A stretch of DNA of 64,000 bases from NCBI GenBank assembly GCA_963737655.1, contig CAVTTN010000002.1:6016001-6080000 (forward strand), written 5' to 3'. The DNA is from an uncultured Planctomycetota bacterium. GTDB lineage: Bacteria > Planctomycetota > Planctomycetia > Isosphaerales > Isosphaeraceae. Of the stretch, positions 11,753-24,200 are shown in pieces (position 1 is the first letter of the stretch; every line of letters starts with the position of its first letter). The notes under the pieces are model-generated. The model did not search any database. It saw nothing but the letters and a program-made list of their open reading frames with translations, and was not told the DNA's origin. Made by a program: the position numbers and the translations under genes.

Positions 11753-14700
11753 TCAGGTCCCGGGCAGGATCAGGACCTGGTCGAGGGGTTTGCGCGTCAG
11801 GATGACGTCGGTGGCGCTGGCGAAGATCCAGGACTGGCTGAGGCCGGGGACGGAGTTGGAGGTGATCGTGTCGGCCTTGCCGTTGTTGCTGACGGTCGAG
11901 AGCGTCAGGACGTTCGAGCCGTTCAGCCCTCCGCCCGAGGTCAGGTGGGCCGCCCTCGCGGCGAAGCCCAGGTCGGTCCGGTCCCACTCGGTGAGGATCG
12001 CCTCGAGCGCGGCATCCTGGAGGCCGTAGAGGGTCGATCCGGCGATCATGAGGCTGTCGCCGGCCCCGCCGACGAGCTGCGACGCGCCCGCGCCGCCGAT
12101 CAGGAGGCTCCGGCCCGACCCGGTCAGCGCGTTGTTGCCCGAGCCGCCGACGACCCCCTGGATGCCCGAGATCGAGCCGCCGACGCCGCTGGCCTTGCCG
12201 GTGGCGAGGTTCACCGCGACGGGGGTCGAGACGCGCACGTAGTTCAGGAGGTCGTTGCCGCCCTGCCCGTTGAGGTTCCCGGAGATCGAGCCGGAGGGGC
12301 CGAAGTCGAAGCTGTCGGACAGCCCGCCGCCGGACAGGTTGGCGAATCCGGCGAAGGTGACCCAGCCGTCGAGCGAGCCGGCATTCGCGGCGGTCAGGCT
12401 CCAGGAGTTGGCGGCGCCGGGGCCGGTCAGGCCGTTGACCCCGGCCCCGCCGTCGATCGTCACCGGGCCCGCGCCGCTCGCGCCGGAGATGCCTACGGGC
12501 GTGCCGTTGTTGTCGGTGTCGAACGTCACGCCGCCCCGGATGTTCGCATAATTGACCGTGCGGGTCGACCACCCGTGGATCAGGCCGTAGAAGTTCGTCG
12601 TCCGGGAGATGGCCTGGTTTGTCACCGTATAATTGTAGATATAAGAGGAATACCGGCCGGTCGTCGTCACGTTGGGGTTGAGCGCGTCGTCGACGAGCAG
12701 GCTGTCGGCCCCCGCGCCGCCGACGACCGTGAGGTCGGCCCCGAGGAGGTTGAGGTCCTGGCCCGACGTCGTGACCGAGATGGCGGTCGCCCCCGAGCCG
12801 ACGACCACGGTCGTCGGCGCGGAGGTGCCCTCGACGTCGAGCGGGGTGCCGTTGTTGTCGGTGTCGACCGTGACGCCGCCGAGGATGTTCGCGTAGTTGA
12901 TCGATCGCGCGAGCCTGCTGACGAAGAGGCCGTGATAGAGCCTGGTCCGCGAGATGGCCTGGCCGGTCACGGCGTAGCTGTAGCTCGTCGTCGTGGTGCC
13001 GGACCTCGTGTAGGCCAGCGGGTTCAGCGAGTCGTTGACGGCCAGGCTGTCGGTCCCCGATCCGCCGGTGACGGTCAGGTCGTTCGCCAGCAGGCCGAGG
13101 TCCTTGCCCGAGGACTCGACCGAGACCGCCGTGTTCCCCGAGCCGAGGTTCACGGCCGTCGGCGCCGAGGTGCCCTCGACGTCGACCGAGCTGCCGTTGT
13201 TGTCGGCGTTCAGGGTCACGCCCGCGGAGATGCCGGAATAATTGATGGTCGCGGTCAGGAAATTGGGGTCGGAGCCGCCGAGGTTCACGCGGGTGACGGC
13301 CGAGGCGGTGACGGTGTACGCCCCGCCGGGCGTCCAGGGATCCTGCTGGTCGTCCACGGCGAGGGAGTCGGAGCCCGGGCCGCCGTTGATCGTCAGCGGC
13401 ATCGGGGAGGACGGGACGCGAGCGAACGGGGAGAGCGACTGCCCGAGGCCGGCGACGGTCACCGCCGTGTTGCCGGAACCGAGGTCCACCGTCGTCGGCG
13501 AGTTGATCCCCTCGACATCGACGGCGGAGCCGTTGTTGTCGGTATTCAGGGTCACGGCCCCGAAGCCCTTGAAGGAGACGGTGGTCGAGTAAGGGGGGCC
13601 GGTGTAGGTCCGATAGATCGACGAGTACGTGCCGGAGAAGACGAGGTAGCCCGCGGTCCAGGGGTCCTTCTGGTCGTTGACGATCAGCGAATCGGCGCCG
13701 GGGCCGCCGTTGAGCGTGACCGGGCCGAGGAACCCGGCCAGCGATTGGTACTGCGGGGCGAGCGTCACGGGGGTGCTGCCCGTGCCGACGTTCACCGTCA
13801 CCGGGCCGACCCCGGAATTCTCGACGTCGACGGGCGTGCCGACGTTGTCCGAGTCCAGCGTCACGCCGCCCGTCAGGCTCGTGAACGTGATCAGGCGGGA
13901 CTGGTTGACCAGCCCCACGCCCACGACGTTCGTCGCGAAATACCTCCCGACCGAGGCGCTATTGAGGATGTACCCGGAGTTGTATTCGCCGAGCCCCAGG
14001 TGGGCCGAGTCGTTGACGGTCAGCGAGTCCTTCCCGGGACCGCCGAAGATGCGGATGCTCGGGACCAGGGCGTCCAGGTTCTTCGAGCTGCCCGCGGCGG
14101 TGATGGCGACGTTCTCGCTGCCGGCGTAGTAGTTGATCGCGGGCGAGCCCGAGAACGAGACGTACGACGCGTTGGACTGGCTGAAGAATCCGGCGTCGAG
14201 GCTCACGGTCGCGGCCGTGGTGTCGGCGTCGGTGTAGTCGAGGAAGTTCAGCGTGCTGACGATGCCGACGATGCTGACCGGCTGCTGGATGGCCCGGAGG
14301 CTCTGGCCCTGCGAGGCGAACGAGACGTTCGAGCCCGGGCCGCCCAGGGTGAGGATGATCGGGCTGGGGGCGGCCTCGACGTCCACGGGGCCGGAGGCCG
14401 GGCCCGTGCTCAGGGTGACCTGCCCGGGCCTACCCGACGGGTATTCCACGATGGGCACGCCGCCCAGGCTGAACGTCGTGCCGTCGAGCATCCAGTTCTG
14501 GGCAGAGGGGTCGTGCTGGTCGTCCAGGTTCAATCGGGTGACGCGATGGGGGTCGTTGATGAGCAGCGACGATTTCAGGAAATTGTCCTCGTTCCCGGCG
14601 TCCGAGCTGACGTTGATCGTGACCGGCGAGGTGGTCGCGGCGTTGATCGTCACGCCCGTGCCGTAGCCCCAGACGCCGGTCAGGTTGACCGTCGTCGCGG

Positions 14701-15856
14701 ACGCGACCGCGTTGACGACGACGTTGCTGACCGCGTTGGCGTCGAAGTGGACGAGCTGGCCGTCGAGGATCGCCGTGACCTCGCCGTCGGCGAGGCGATT
14801 GACGGTGATGGTGTCGCTCGTCGCGCCGTTCTGCCCCCCGGTGACGTTGAGCGTCTGATACGAGCCTTCGGTGAACTGGCCCTGGCTGGTGGACGGATTC
14901 GTGGTCACGAGGAATTTGGCCGAATAGCCGTCGGGGATGATGTAGCCGGTGTCGGCTCGCGACCAGTAGGACTGGACCATCACCCCGTTGACCCGGTAGT
15001 TGAACGACCTGGCGTTGCCATCCCCGAGCTGTTGAGCCTGGCCCCCGGGCTGTGACGGCCCGATCGAGATGCCCGGGCCGCCGAACGGGTCGGTCATGGT
15101 CTCGAGGGTCTCGTGCCCCAGGGTCACGGAGAACGGATCGCCCACGGCCAGGCGCGGGTCGTTCGTGGCGACCCCCTGGGCCCAGATCACGTGGGCGTCG
15201 CCGAACCCCAGGGTCCCGGGGTAGACCACCGCGGGATCGTCCTTGTTGAAACCGGAGGCGGTGCCCGCCGGCTGGCCGTTCGCGGCCGGAAACGAGTCGT
15301 AGACCCCCGGCGGGGTGACCACGACGTAGATCGGGGTCGAGCCGCCGAACGACGTCGGCGAGGGGAGCGAACTGGCCGTGATGGCGGAGCCGACGATCCC
15401 GAAGACGTTGCTGGTGAGGGTCGATTCCGCGATCGCCCCGGACCCGATTGCGGGGGCGGGGAGCGAGCAGATGTAGGACGTGGGATTGACGCTGACGTGC
15501 GGCGTGCCCCCCACGTACTGCTGGAGGCCGCCGAAGTAGGGGCTGCTCGCCAGGGCCCGGGCGTCGCCGATCTCGCCGTTGGCGTCGGCGTTGAAGACGC
15601 CCGGGGACGAGGTCCACGCCGAGGTCCCCCAGAAGACCAGCACGAGCGTCACGTTCGGGAGCTTCGCGCTCCCGCCGTCGGTCACCGTCTCCGACCCGTA
15701 CGACGTCGCCGGGAAGACGATGGTGGGGACGGCCCGGTCCTCGAGCCATTCCAGGCCGAGGCCGAGCCCGCGGCCGAACTCGACGCGGGCCCGTCGCGAG
15801 GGCCTCCGGTTCGTCCTCGGGCCGGGTCGGGTCGGGGAGGGGTTCGGGTGCGACAT
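11753..15856 (-). CDS. Large secreted protein (1367 aa): planctomycete leader, HExxE-TDP N-terminal domain, ~115-aa beta-rich repeats, RTX-like C-terminus
   Basis: LEWLEDRAVP leader motif; VTLVLVFWG...HETLETMTDP...VQSYWS; repeated GGxGxDSLxVND...DNNGxxVDVEG; C-terminal LIGGAGASQLVGGAGDSLMIAG...ALEAILTEW. Confidence 0.85.
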   Translation of the reverse strand: MSHPNPSPTRPGPRTNRRPSRRARVEFGRGLGLGLEWLEDRAVPTIVFPATSYGSETVTDGGSAKLPNVTLVLVFWGTSAWTSSPGVFNADANGEIGDARALASSPYFGGLQQYVGGTPHVSVNPTSYICSLPAPAIGSGAIAESTLTSNVFGIVGSAITASSLPSPTSFGGSTPIYVVVTPPGVYDSFPAANGQPAGTASGFNKDDPAVVYPGTLGFGDAHVIWAQGVATNDPRLAVGDPFSVTLGHETLETMTDPFGGPGISIGPSQPGGQAQQLGDGNARSFNYRVNGVMVQSYWSRADTGYIIPDGYSAKFLVTTNPSTSQGQFTEGSYQTLNVTGGQNGATSDTITVNRLADGEVTAILDGQLVHFDANAVSNVVVNAVASATTVNLTGVWGYGTGVTINAATTSPVTINVSSDAGNEDNFLKSSLLINDPHRVTRLNLDDQHDPSAQNWMLDGTTFSLGGVPIVEYPSGRPGQVTLSTGPASGPVDVEAAPSPIILTLGGPGSNVSFASQGQSLRAIQQPVSIVGIVSTLNFLDYTDADTTAATVSLDAGFFSQSNASYVSFSGSPAINYYAGSENVAITAAGSSKNLDALVPSIRIFGGPGKDSLTVNDSAHLGLGEYNSGYILNSASVGRYFATNVVGVGLVNQSRLITFTSLTGGVTLDSDNVGTPVDVENSGVGPVTVNVGTGSTPVTLAPQYQSLAGFLGPVTLNGGPGADSLIVNDQKDPWTAGYLVFSGTYSSIYRTYTGPPYSTTVSFKGFGAVTLNTDNNGSAVDVEGINSPTTVDLGSGNTAVTVAGLGQSLSPFARVPSSPMPLTINGGPGSDSLAVDDQQDPWTPGGAYTVTASAVTRVNLGGSDPNFLTATINYSGISAGVTLNADNNGSSVDVEGTSAPTAVNLGSGNTAVSVESSGKDLGLLANDLTVTGGSGTDSLAVNDSLNPLAYTRSGTTTTSYSYAVTGQAISRTRLYHGLFVSRLARSINYANILGGVTVDTDNNGTPLDVEGTSAPTTVVVGSGATAISVTTSGQDLNLLGADLTVVGGAGADSLLVDDALNPNVTTTGRYSSYIYNYTVTNQAISRTTNFYGLIHGWSTRTVNYANIRGGVTFDTDNNGTPVGISGASGAGPVTIDGGAGVNGLTGPGAANSWSLTAANAGSLDGWVTFAGFANLSGGGLSDSFDFGPSGSISGNLNGQGGNDLLNYVRVSTPVAVNLATGKASGVGGSISGIQGVVGGSGNNALTGSGRSLLIGGAGASQLVGGAGDSLMIAGSTLYGLQDAALEAILTEWDRTDLGFAARAAHLTSGGGLNGSNVLTLSTVSNNGKADTITSNSVPGLSQSWIFASATDVILTRKPLDQVLILPGT

Positions 15857-15951
15857 CGCGCTGGGTCCTTTCGAGGCGGCTTCGTCGGGGGTCCTCTGAG
15901 TGAAGGACTGCGCGAGGAGCCTCGTCCGGGACCGCGATTCCCGAGGCCGCG

Positions 15952-18900
15952 TCATCGGGCGCGAGCGGGCCCGGCGAGGACGGCCTGGGCCTCGGCGATC
16001 AGGGCGTCCACGTCGCGGGCCTGGCGGGGCGTCAGCCGGGCGCCCGAGGCCCGCCACGCCCGGGCCTCGTCCAGCGATCGCCGGGCGAGCTCGGCCCGGC
16101 CGGTCCGGTGGTAGGACGGCGACAGCACGAGCCGCCCGACCGGCGAGAGGGTCGCCCCCGGGGCGGTCGTCGCCTCGGCTTCGGCATCGCGGCCGAGCCG
16201 GGCGAGGGCCAGGGCCCGGGTCATGCGGTAACTCGCGTTCGCCGGGTCGGCCCGGAGCAGCCGGTCGGCCCTCTCGAGCGCCTCCGAGGGGTCGCGGTGG
16301 GCCTCGTCGGTGAGCAGCAGAGCCCAGGCGAGCGCGGCGTCGGTCTGGGCGTCCGCCGGCTTCAGCTCCAGGGCCCTCCTCATCGCGGCCAGGGCCTTGG
16401 CGTCCTCGCCGACCTGGTAGGCATCCCGGGCCACCGTCGCGACCCAGTGCGCGTCGTCCTTGCGGCCCTCGCAGGCCCGCTCGGCGTCGGCGAGGGCCGC
16501 GCGCCACTGGCCGAGGGATTCCCACCGGTGGCTCCGCTCGTGGTAATCCTCGGCACGGTCCAGGCGTCGGGAGAAGAGCCGCCTGAGCGGCTGGAACTGG
16601 AGCCAGGCCGCGTGCCTCGCCTGCATCCGGGCCAGGTCGTCCGAGCCGCCGCCCCGCACCTCGACGCGGAGCGGCGGCGGAGGCCCCGCGGGGGGGATCT
16701 CGGCGAGATCGGCCGTCTCGCCGCCCGGGCCGCCCCAATCCAGGCCCATCGTCGCCAGCTCGGAGCGGATCAGGGCCAGGTCCCAGATCAGGATGGCATG
16801 GCTGAGGTCAGCGGTCATGGCCAGTTGGCGACCGTCGGGGGAGAACGCGGGATGATTCTCCGTGCCCTGCCCGGGCGTCTCGAACGTCGCGAGCCGCCGG
16901 CCCGTGGCGGGGTCGTAGAGGCGGACCCGGTCCTTGGCGCAGCTCGCCAGGAGCGTCCCGTCCGGGCTGAACGAAATCAGGCGGCTCTCGGGGTCGAACT
17001 CGCGGAGCAGCGTCCAGGTCCCGACCTCCCAGAGCCGGCAGCCTTGCATGCTCGTCGCCAACCACCGGCCGTCGGGGCTGAACCGCAGGTGCGAGCGGAG
17101 CGGGGCATCCAGGACCGCCTCGCGCCGGCCGGTCGCGACGTCCCAGATGAAGACGCCCGCATCGGTCCCTTCGTGGCTGACGGTCGCCGCCCAGCGGCCG
17201 TCGGGGCTGACGGCGGCCGAACGGACGTCCGCTTGGGGCCTCAGGGGGCGGGGTCGCGCCGTCGGGCCTCCCGAGATCGCGAGCGGGGCCTGCCCGGGGC
17301 TGGCAACGACCAGGACCTGGCCGTCCAGGCTCGTGGCGACATTCCCGCCGTTGTCGCTGCGGTCGGCGCGGACGACCCGGGGCGGCCCCACGATCCGCCC
17401 GGAGGGCCCGCGACGCACCGGCCAGCGCAGCAGCCCGTTCGGGCCGAAGGTCAGGAGCGTGCCGTCGGCCTCGAACTGGACGTTGGACCAGGCCAGCGCG
17501 TCGATGTCGGCGAGCCACTCGGCGCCGGCCGAATCCCAGAACTGGACCCCGCGACGCGTGCGAGTGACGAGGAGGCGCCCGTCGATGTCGAACGACAGGC
17601 CCTGCGGGAGGCGGTCCAGCGCCTCGTCCCCCGGCAGGGCCCGGAGCTCGCGCCCGGCCTCCACCTCGAAGGCGTGGAGCGCCCGGCCGGTCTGGCCGAT
17701 CCCGACGAAGCGATCGTCGGCGCTGAACCGGGGGAAGGCATCGGTCTGCACGCTCAGCAATGGCTGCCCGGTGCGCGGGTCCCAGAGTCGCAGGACGCCC
17801 TCCCAGCCCTGGCTGGCCAGCAGGTCGCCGCGATGGTTGAAGGCGAGGAACACGCCCGCGTTCGTCAGGCCGGCGAGGACCAGCGGCGTCGCCCCGGGGC
17901 GCCCGGGCTCCCAGACGGTGATCCGGGAGTCGTCGCGCGCCACCGCCACGCGGCGGCCGTCGGGCGACCAGGCGACGTAGCTGATCGAGGCCGGCAGGTC
18001 GAGCGACGCGGTGGGGGTCGGGTCGTCCAGCCCCCGGACCCTGGCGGACCATCGGCCGGCGTCCTCGACGATCTCCACCAGGCTCCGGCCGTCGGGGTGG
18101 AAGGCCGCGAGGTGGAGCGTCCCCTCGCCCCGGGGCAGGGACCGCTTCCGCCCCGATCGCAGGTCCTGGACCCGGACCTCGCCGCCGAACGTCGCGTACT
18201 GGATCTCGGTCCCGTCGCCCCGGAAGCACAGGGACCGGGACGACGCCGAGCCCCGGGCTCGTCGGCCACGAGCTCGGGCCGGTCGCCATCGACCCGCCAG
18301 AGACGGAGCCGGCCGTCGCGGTAGCCGATCGCGAGCGTCCGGCCGTCGGGCCCGAACAAGGGCCAGCATGGGCCGGGCTCGCCGAGGTTCGGGAAGCGGG
18401 CGAGCTCGACGCGATCCGCCGAGCGATACAGGGTGCAGTTGCCGCCGTGCTCGAGGGCGAGGTGGCGCGAGTACGACGGGTCGGCCACGAAGACCCCGGT
18501 GCTGCCCGGGGGGGCCGGCCCCATCGAGCCGCCGGCGCGGATGTCGGGCAGGGCCAGCGCGGCGATGGCCAGGTCCCTCAGCACGTCGCGACGCGTCGCC
18601 ACGTCGTGGCGGGCCTCCTCGGTGCCTTCCGACGCCCAGGAGGCGAGCAGGCGGCCGGCGTCGCCGATGGCCTTCAGGCTGGAGAACCGCTGGCCCGGCC
18701 GTCGGCTGTACCTCCCGGCGTCCGCCTGGGCGATGTAGGCGTCGACGGCCCTTCGCCTCGCGTCGCGCGACGCCTCCACGGTGCGATTCCTCTCCCGCTT
18801 GAGCGCCGAGACCTGGTCGCGGAAGACGTAGGCCGCGGTGGTCATCCCCACCACGAGGACCACCGTCAGGGCCGCCGCGGCCACGCTCGCCCCGGCGAGC

Positions 18901-20274
18901 CACGGGTCGCGCTTGCACCACCGCCAGAACCGCTCGGGGACCGACACGGGGCGGGACCGGATCGGGTGCCCGGCCAGGAACCGCCGCAGCTCCTCGGCCA
19001 TCTCCCGGGCCGACCCGAACCGATCCTTGGGGTCCTTGGCGAGCGCCCTCAGGACGATGGTCTCCAGGTCGCGCGGCACCCGGCCGTCGACCTGGCGAGG
19101 CGGCGTGGGCCGCTCGTGGACGATGCGATCGATCAGGCGGAGCTGGTCGGCCCCGTCGAACGCGGGCTGGAGGGTCAGCAGCTCGTAGAGGGTCGCCCCC
19201 AGGGCGTACGTGTCGCCCCGGCGGTCCGACGCCCCCCGGAATCGTTCGGGCGGCATGTAGCGCAGGGTGCCGACCAGCTCCTGGGACTGGGAGACCTCCT
19301 CGACCGCCTCCAGCTTGGCCAGCCCGAAGTCGGTGACCCAGACGTTGCCCAGGGCGTCCAGGAGCAAGTTGGGCGGCTTGATGTCGCGATGGAGGACCCC
19401 CCGGCGGTGGGCGTAGTCCAGGGCGTCGGCGACCTGGGCGCCGATCCTCGCGACCTCGCGGTAATAGCGCCCCTCGGCCCCCCCGAGCGATCCCGAGCTG
19501 AGCCCGAACGAGCGCCGAGGGCCCTCCGCGGGGCCGTCCTCCCCGGGCGGATCGCCGTCCGGGCCCGGGTCGAACGGCTCGGTGGGATCGGTCGCGAGGC
19601 CCGGGGAGGCCGAGGGGACGAACTGGCCCGTGACGAGGCCCTCGGCGACGGGGCGCGCGCCCGTCGCCGCGTCCGCCCCGGGCGGGCGCCGGACGCCCGA
19701 TCCGGCGGTCGCCGACCCCTCCGAGCGGAGCCGGCGGAGGTCGGCGAGGACGTCGTCGAGCGGCTGGCCCGGGATGAACTGCATGGCGTAATAGCACACG
19801 CCGTCCTGCTCGCCGTAATCGAACACGCTGACGATGTTCGTGTGGTGCAGCCCCGCGGCCGAACGGGCCTCGACGTGGAACCGCTTCAGGTACTTGCCGT
19901 CGGCGCGGAACCGCGGGTGCATGACCTTCAGCGCGACCCGGCTCTTGAGCGACTCATGCTCGGCCTCGTAGACAACGCCCATCCCGCCCCGGCCGATCCT
20001 CCGGAGGATTCGATAGTCGCCCAGCCTCTCGGGCCGGGCCCGTCGGGCTCCGATCGGTCGGAGGCCGCGTCCCGGCCGGGGAAGGAGCCCGTGCCGGCGC
20101 CGAGCGCTCCAGCTCCACCAGCGCCGGGATCAGCTCGCGAAGCTCGTCGGCCAGGGCCGGATGCCGGCCCGCCAGCTCCGAGAGCGCGGGCCGCTCGCCC
20201 CGGCGGAATCGATCGAGGAACGACTCGACGATCGGGCCCAGGGCGTCGTCCGGCGGCGCCTGCGGATCGCTCAT
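15952..20274 (-). CDS. Ser/Thr kinase with transmembrane helix, WD40 repeats and C-terminal TPRs (frameshifts near 20080, 20030, 18240)
   Basis: IGRGGMGVVYEA, VALKVM, HRDIKPPNLLLD, VTDFGLAK, GTLRYMPPE; TM WLAGASVAAAALTVVLVVG; repeated FSPDGR..LA..LWD; helical TPR tail; ATGA overlap with the ECF gene. Confidence 0.9.
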
Positions 20275-20930
20275 GGCCACATCCCCTGCCCGCCCCCCGG
20301 GAGCGCCGAAAGGATCTGCTTCAGGCGTTGCAACGCCCGGATGTAACGCTTCGTCGCCGCCGATTCCCCCAGCCCGAGCACCCGGGCGCACTCGCGGTTG
20401 GAGAGCTGCTCGAGGTGCCTCAGGGCGAGGACCTCGCGGTCGATCGGCTCCATGCGGTCGAGCGCCTCCAAGAGCCGGGTCCTCCGCTCCGCGCGGATCG
20501 CGACCTCGCTGGCCCTCGTGTCTCGGCCGAGGAGCTGCTCGGCGATCGCGGCCGAGGAGGCGGCCGGCGACGCCGGGGCGTGGATCGAGATGTCTCGACC
20601 CGCGTCGCGGGCCCAGGCCCCCAGGTGGCGGCGGTGGGCGATCTGCAGGCACTGGAGCGTCAGGAATCGCAGCCACAGGAACGGCGGCATCGGGTCCGGC
20701 CCGCGCGCGTACTCCGGCCGCCGCTCGGTCGCCTCCAGGTAGGCCTCCTGGATCACGTCCGACGGGTCGAGGCGGCCTCGCACGCGATCATCCATCCGCA
20801 GGGCGACCATCCGCCTCAGACGGCCGCGATGGGCGGCGAGGAACTCGCCCCAGGCCGAGGGATCGGCCCCCAGCTCCGGGGCGGGGCCCGGCCCGTCTTC
20901 TCTCTTCATCGGCCCTTGCTCGTGGTCCAT
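20271..20930 (-). CDS. ECF sigma-70 factor, kinase-associated planctomycete type
   Basis: HRGRLRRMVALRMDDRVRGRLDPSDVIQEAYLEA...FLWLR; DREVLALRHLEQLSNRECARVLGL...KRYIRAL. Confidence 0.93.
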   Translation of the reverse strand: MDHEQGPMKREDGPGPAPELGADPSAWGEFLAAHRGRLRRMVALRMDDRVRGRLDPSDVIQEAYLEATERRPEYARGPDPMPPFLWLRFLTLQCLQIAHRRHLGAWARDAGRDISIHAPASPAASSAAIAEQLLGRDTRASEVAIRAERRTRLLEALDRMEPIDREVLALRHLEQLSNRECARVLGLGESAATKRYIRALQRLKQILSALPGGGQGMWP

Positions 20931-21260
20931 ATAGGGATGAGACTGCGCGCGAGGCCCGCCCCGGGACAAGGATAATCCCGGAAAAAAGGCACGCGATTCC
21001 CGGCCGGTCCCGCGGCGCCGGCATCTCGCCAGGGCCGCCGGCGTCGCCTCGGTCCTCAGGTCCGGCGATTCACTCGGATCTGACGGCCGCGTCGGTCCCC
21101 GAGGTCCGGCCCAAAATGGGGAGCGAGTCCCTCGCCTCGGCCCCATCCGGCGGCCCGACGTCGGGGTCGACGCCCAGGGTCGGGCGGATGTCGCGATGCC
21201 TCAGGATCGCTGGGCAACCCGGGGCGCCCCCGTCCGGCGAGGTCTCGCCCGGGTCGGGCC

Positions 21261-24200
21261 TTACTTCCCCGTTTCCTTCCCTCGGTCCCGGGCGGCATCG
21301 AGGTGTCCCGGGGCGGGCCCGGGGCGTCCGTGGATCGTCGGGCGGAGCCTCACCAGCGTCTTTTTCGTGATCGTCGTCGAGAAATCGGTCCCGGGCGCCC
21401 CGGAGCCGGCCAGGGGCAGGCCCGAGGGGCCGGCGATCCCCCCGGGCGGCGTGCCGACGACCGTCAGCCGGTAGGTTTTGTAGACGTTCAGGGGCCGCCT
21501 GGTCGTCAGGAGCACGGTCTTGCCGTCCGAGGCGAGCTTGACCGACGCGAGGCCGACGGGCCGGCCTCCCGGCCCGATGATCCGGTAGTTCGCCGGGTCG
21601 GTGGCCCGGCCCGGATCGACCGCCGTGCCGAAGGTGACGACCAGAGTCGTCGGCTCGGCGTGGAAGCCGTAGCGCGCCACGCCCGCCACCGTCGGCGCCT
21701 CGGGGGCCGGTGGCGGCGAGGGGGCCACGACGACCAGCGTGACCGGGGCCGATGCAGAGGCCCTCAGCGAGGCATCCCCTCCGTAGATCGCGCTCAGGGC
21801 GTGCGAACCCGGGGCCAGGGACGAGACGACGACCTCGGCCCGGCCGCCGGGGGTCAGCGGGGCCGTCGCGATCGGCGCGAGGCCGTCGTAGAACGTGACC
21901 GTCCCCGAGGGCGACACGACCCCGGAGACCGTGGCCGACAGAGTGACCAACCCCCCGGCCATCGCCGGGTTCGGCGAGGCCGAGAACGCCGTCGAGGCCG
22001 CCGACCGGCCCACGTCGAACGTGACCGAGGAGGAGCTCGGCGCCGAGGTCGGATCTCCCCCGTAGGTGGCCGTGATCGTGTGAGCACCCGCCGGGAGGGC
22101 CGAGGTGAACGAGGCGGTCGCCGACGATCCGCCCGGCGTCTCGACGACCGGCACCGTCGCCACGGCCGCCCCGTCGACGGAGAAAGTCACCCCCCCGACC
22201 GGGGAGGACGAACCGGCGACCGTGGCCGTGAAGGTGATGGCCTGGCCGACGGCCGGCGAGGCGGGCGAGACGACTAGAGACGTCACCGTCGGGGCCGGGG
22301 CCACGTCCTGAGTGATCGCCGTCGAGGTGCTGGGGGCGAAATGGGCATCGCCGCCGTAGGAGGCGGTGACCTGATGGCTGCCGGCGCCGAGCCCGAGATC
22401 GCGAACGAAGCCGAGGCCGAGAGCCCGTCGGCCGAGGCCACGACCGGCACGGTCGCCACCTCCCGGCCATCGACCGAGAAGACCACGGAGCCGCCGGGGA
22501 CGCCCGTCGGGGAGGTCCCGGAAACCGTCGCGGTGAACGTGACGGCCTGCCCCAGGGCCGAGGGATTCGGGCGGGCCGAGAGGGTGGTGGTCGTCGAGGC
22601 CCGGCCGACAGTCGTGATGATCGTGGCCGCATCGTTCACCGAGTTGGGGTCGGCGATCGCCGAGGTCGCCGAGACCGTCACGGCGAACGACCCGGCCGCC
22701 GCCGCGGTGCCCGAGACCGTCACGGCGAACGACCCGCCGGGCGGCAAGAACGGGACCGACACGGTGAACCCGCCGGCCGAAGTCGTCACGTCCCCCTCCG
22801 AGGCCGTGACGGTCGCCCCGCTCAGGGACCCGGGCAGGGTGCCGGTGGCCACCAGGTCGAATGCGGGATCGGGACCGTCGTCCGTGATCGTGAACACGTC
22901 GTTCACGCCCTGGCCGATCGTGACCATCGAGGTCGCGCCGGAAGTGGGCGAGACGGCGAGGTCCGCGTCCCCGGCCGAGCCCGCCGCGAGATCACGGGCG
23001 AACTCGGAGGTATCCCCGGGCGAATCGGTGGCCGTGGCGGTCAGGGCATCCCCGGTGAGCGGCCCGGGCGCGACGAAGGTGAACGAGGCGTCGCCGTCGG
23101 AGTCGGTGGCGACGTCGGTGAGCTGGCCCAGGTACGTCTCCCCTTCACCGTAGCCCAAGGGGTCGGCCGCCCCGTTGGCGAAGAACTGGACCGTGAACGT
23201 CCCGTTCGGTGTGCTATTGAGCGTGCCGTAGATCGTCGTGGACGACCCGGAGGCGACGGCCGCGACCAGGACGGGATAATTCTGGAGCCGGTTGGAACCC
23301 TCGGGGAACGCTCCCGGGGTGTTCGGCGTGACGCCGTCCCCGCCCAGATCGATCCCGAGCCCGGCGTTGTCGTGGATCGAGTTGGAGAGGATCGGGTCGG
23401 CGAAGGCCGTGGGGCCCAGGAGCACCACCCCGTCCCCGCCGTTGTAAGCGACCACGTTGGCCGACGCGACGTCTCCGCCGATCGTGCTGCCGGCGTTGGA
23501 GACCGTGACCCCGCCCGAGGAATTGCCGAGGTGGAGGGTGCCGGTGGGATCGGTCCCGAGGAAATTGCCCGCGATGAGGTCGCCGCCGCCCCCGTAGGCA
23601 TACGCCAGGTCGATCCCGACCCCCGCGTTGCCGGAGATCACGTTGCCGGCCCCGTCGGCCGGGCCCCCGATGGTCTCCTGGCCGACGGTCCCGACGTCCA
23701 CCCCGTCCCGGCCATTGCCCAGCGGTGCGGTCTCCTCGGCGTTGGTCCCGATGACGTCCCCCTCCACCAGGTCCCCCAGGCTGCCCAGCGAGACCCCGGC
23801 CCGAGGTTGCCCGAGAGCAGGTTGCGGGCGCCCGCGGAGGTCCCTCCGATCGTGTCGCCCGGGGCGCCCTCGACCTCGATCCCGTCGCCTCCGTTGGCCA
23901 GGGCCGTCCTCCCGGTCCGGTCGGTGCCGATCGCGTTGCCCAGGATGGCGTTCAGGCCGGCACTAGTGAAGGAGACGTAGATCCCCTGCCGCGTGTTGCC
24001 CGAGATCACGTTCCCCTGCCCGGTCGCGTCCCCCCCGATCGTGTCGGAGCCGGCGGACAGGAGGACGCCCGCCACGCCGTTCGGGAGGGCCTTCGTGCCG
24101 GTGATGTCCGTGCCGATCTCGCTGCCCTGGACCAGGACATCGGCGCCCTCCACCACCAGGCCATTGCCCCGGTTGCCCGAGATCACGTCGTCGAGCACTT

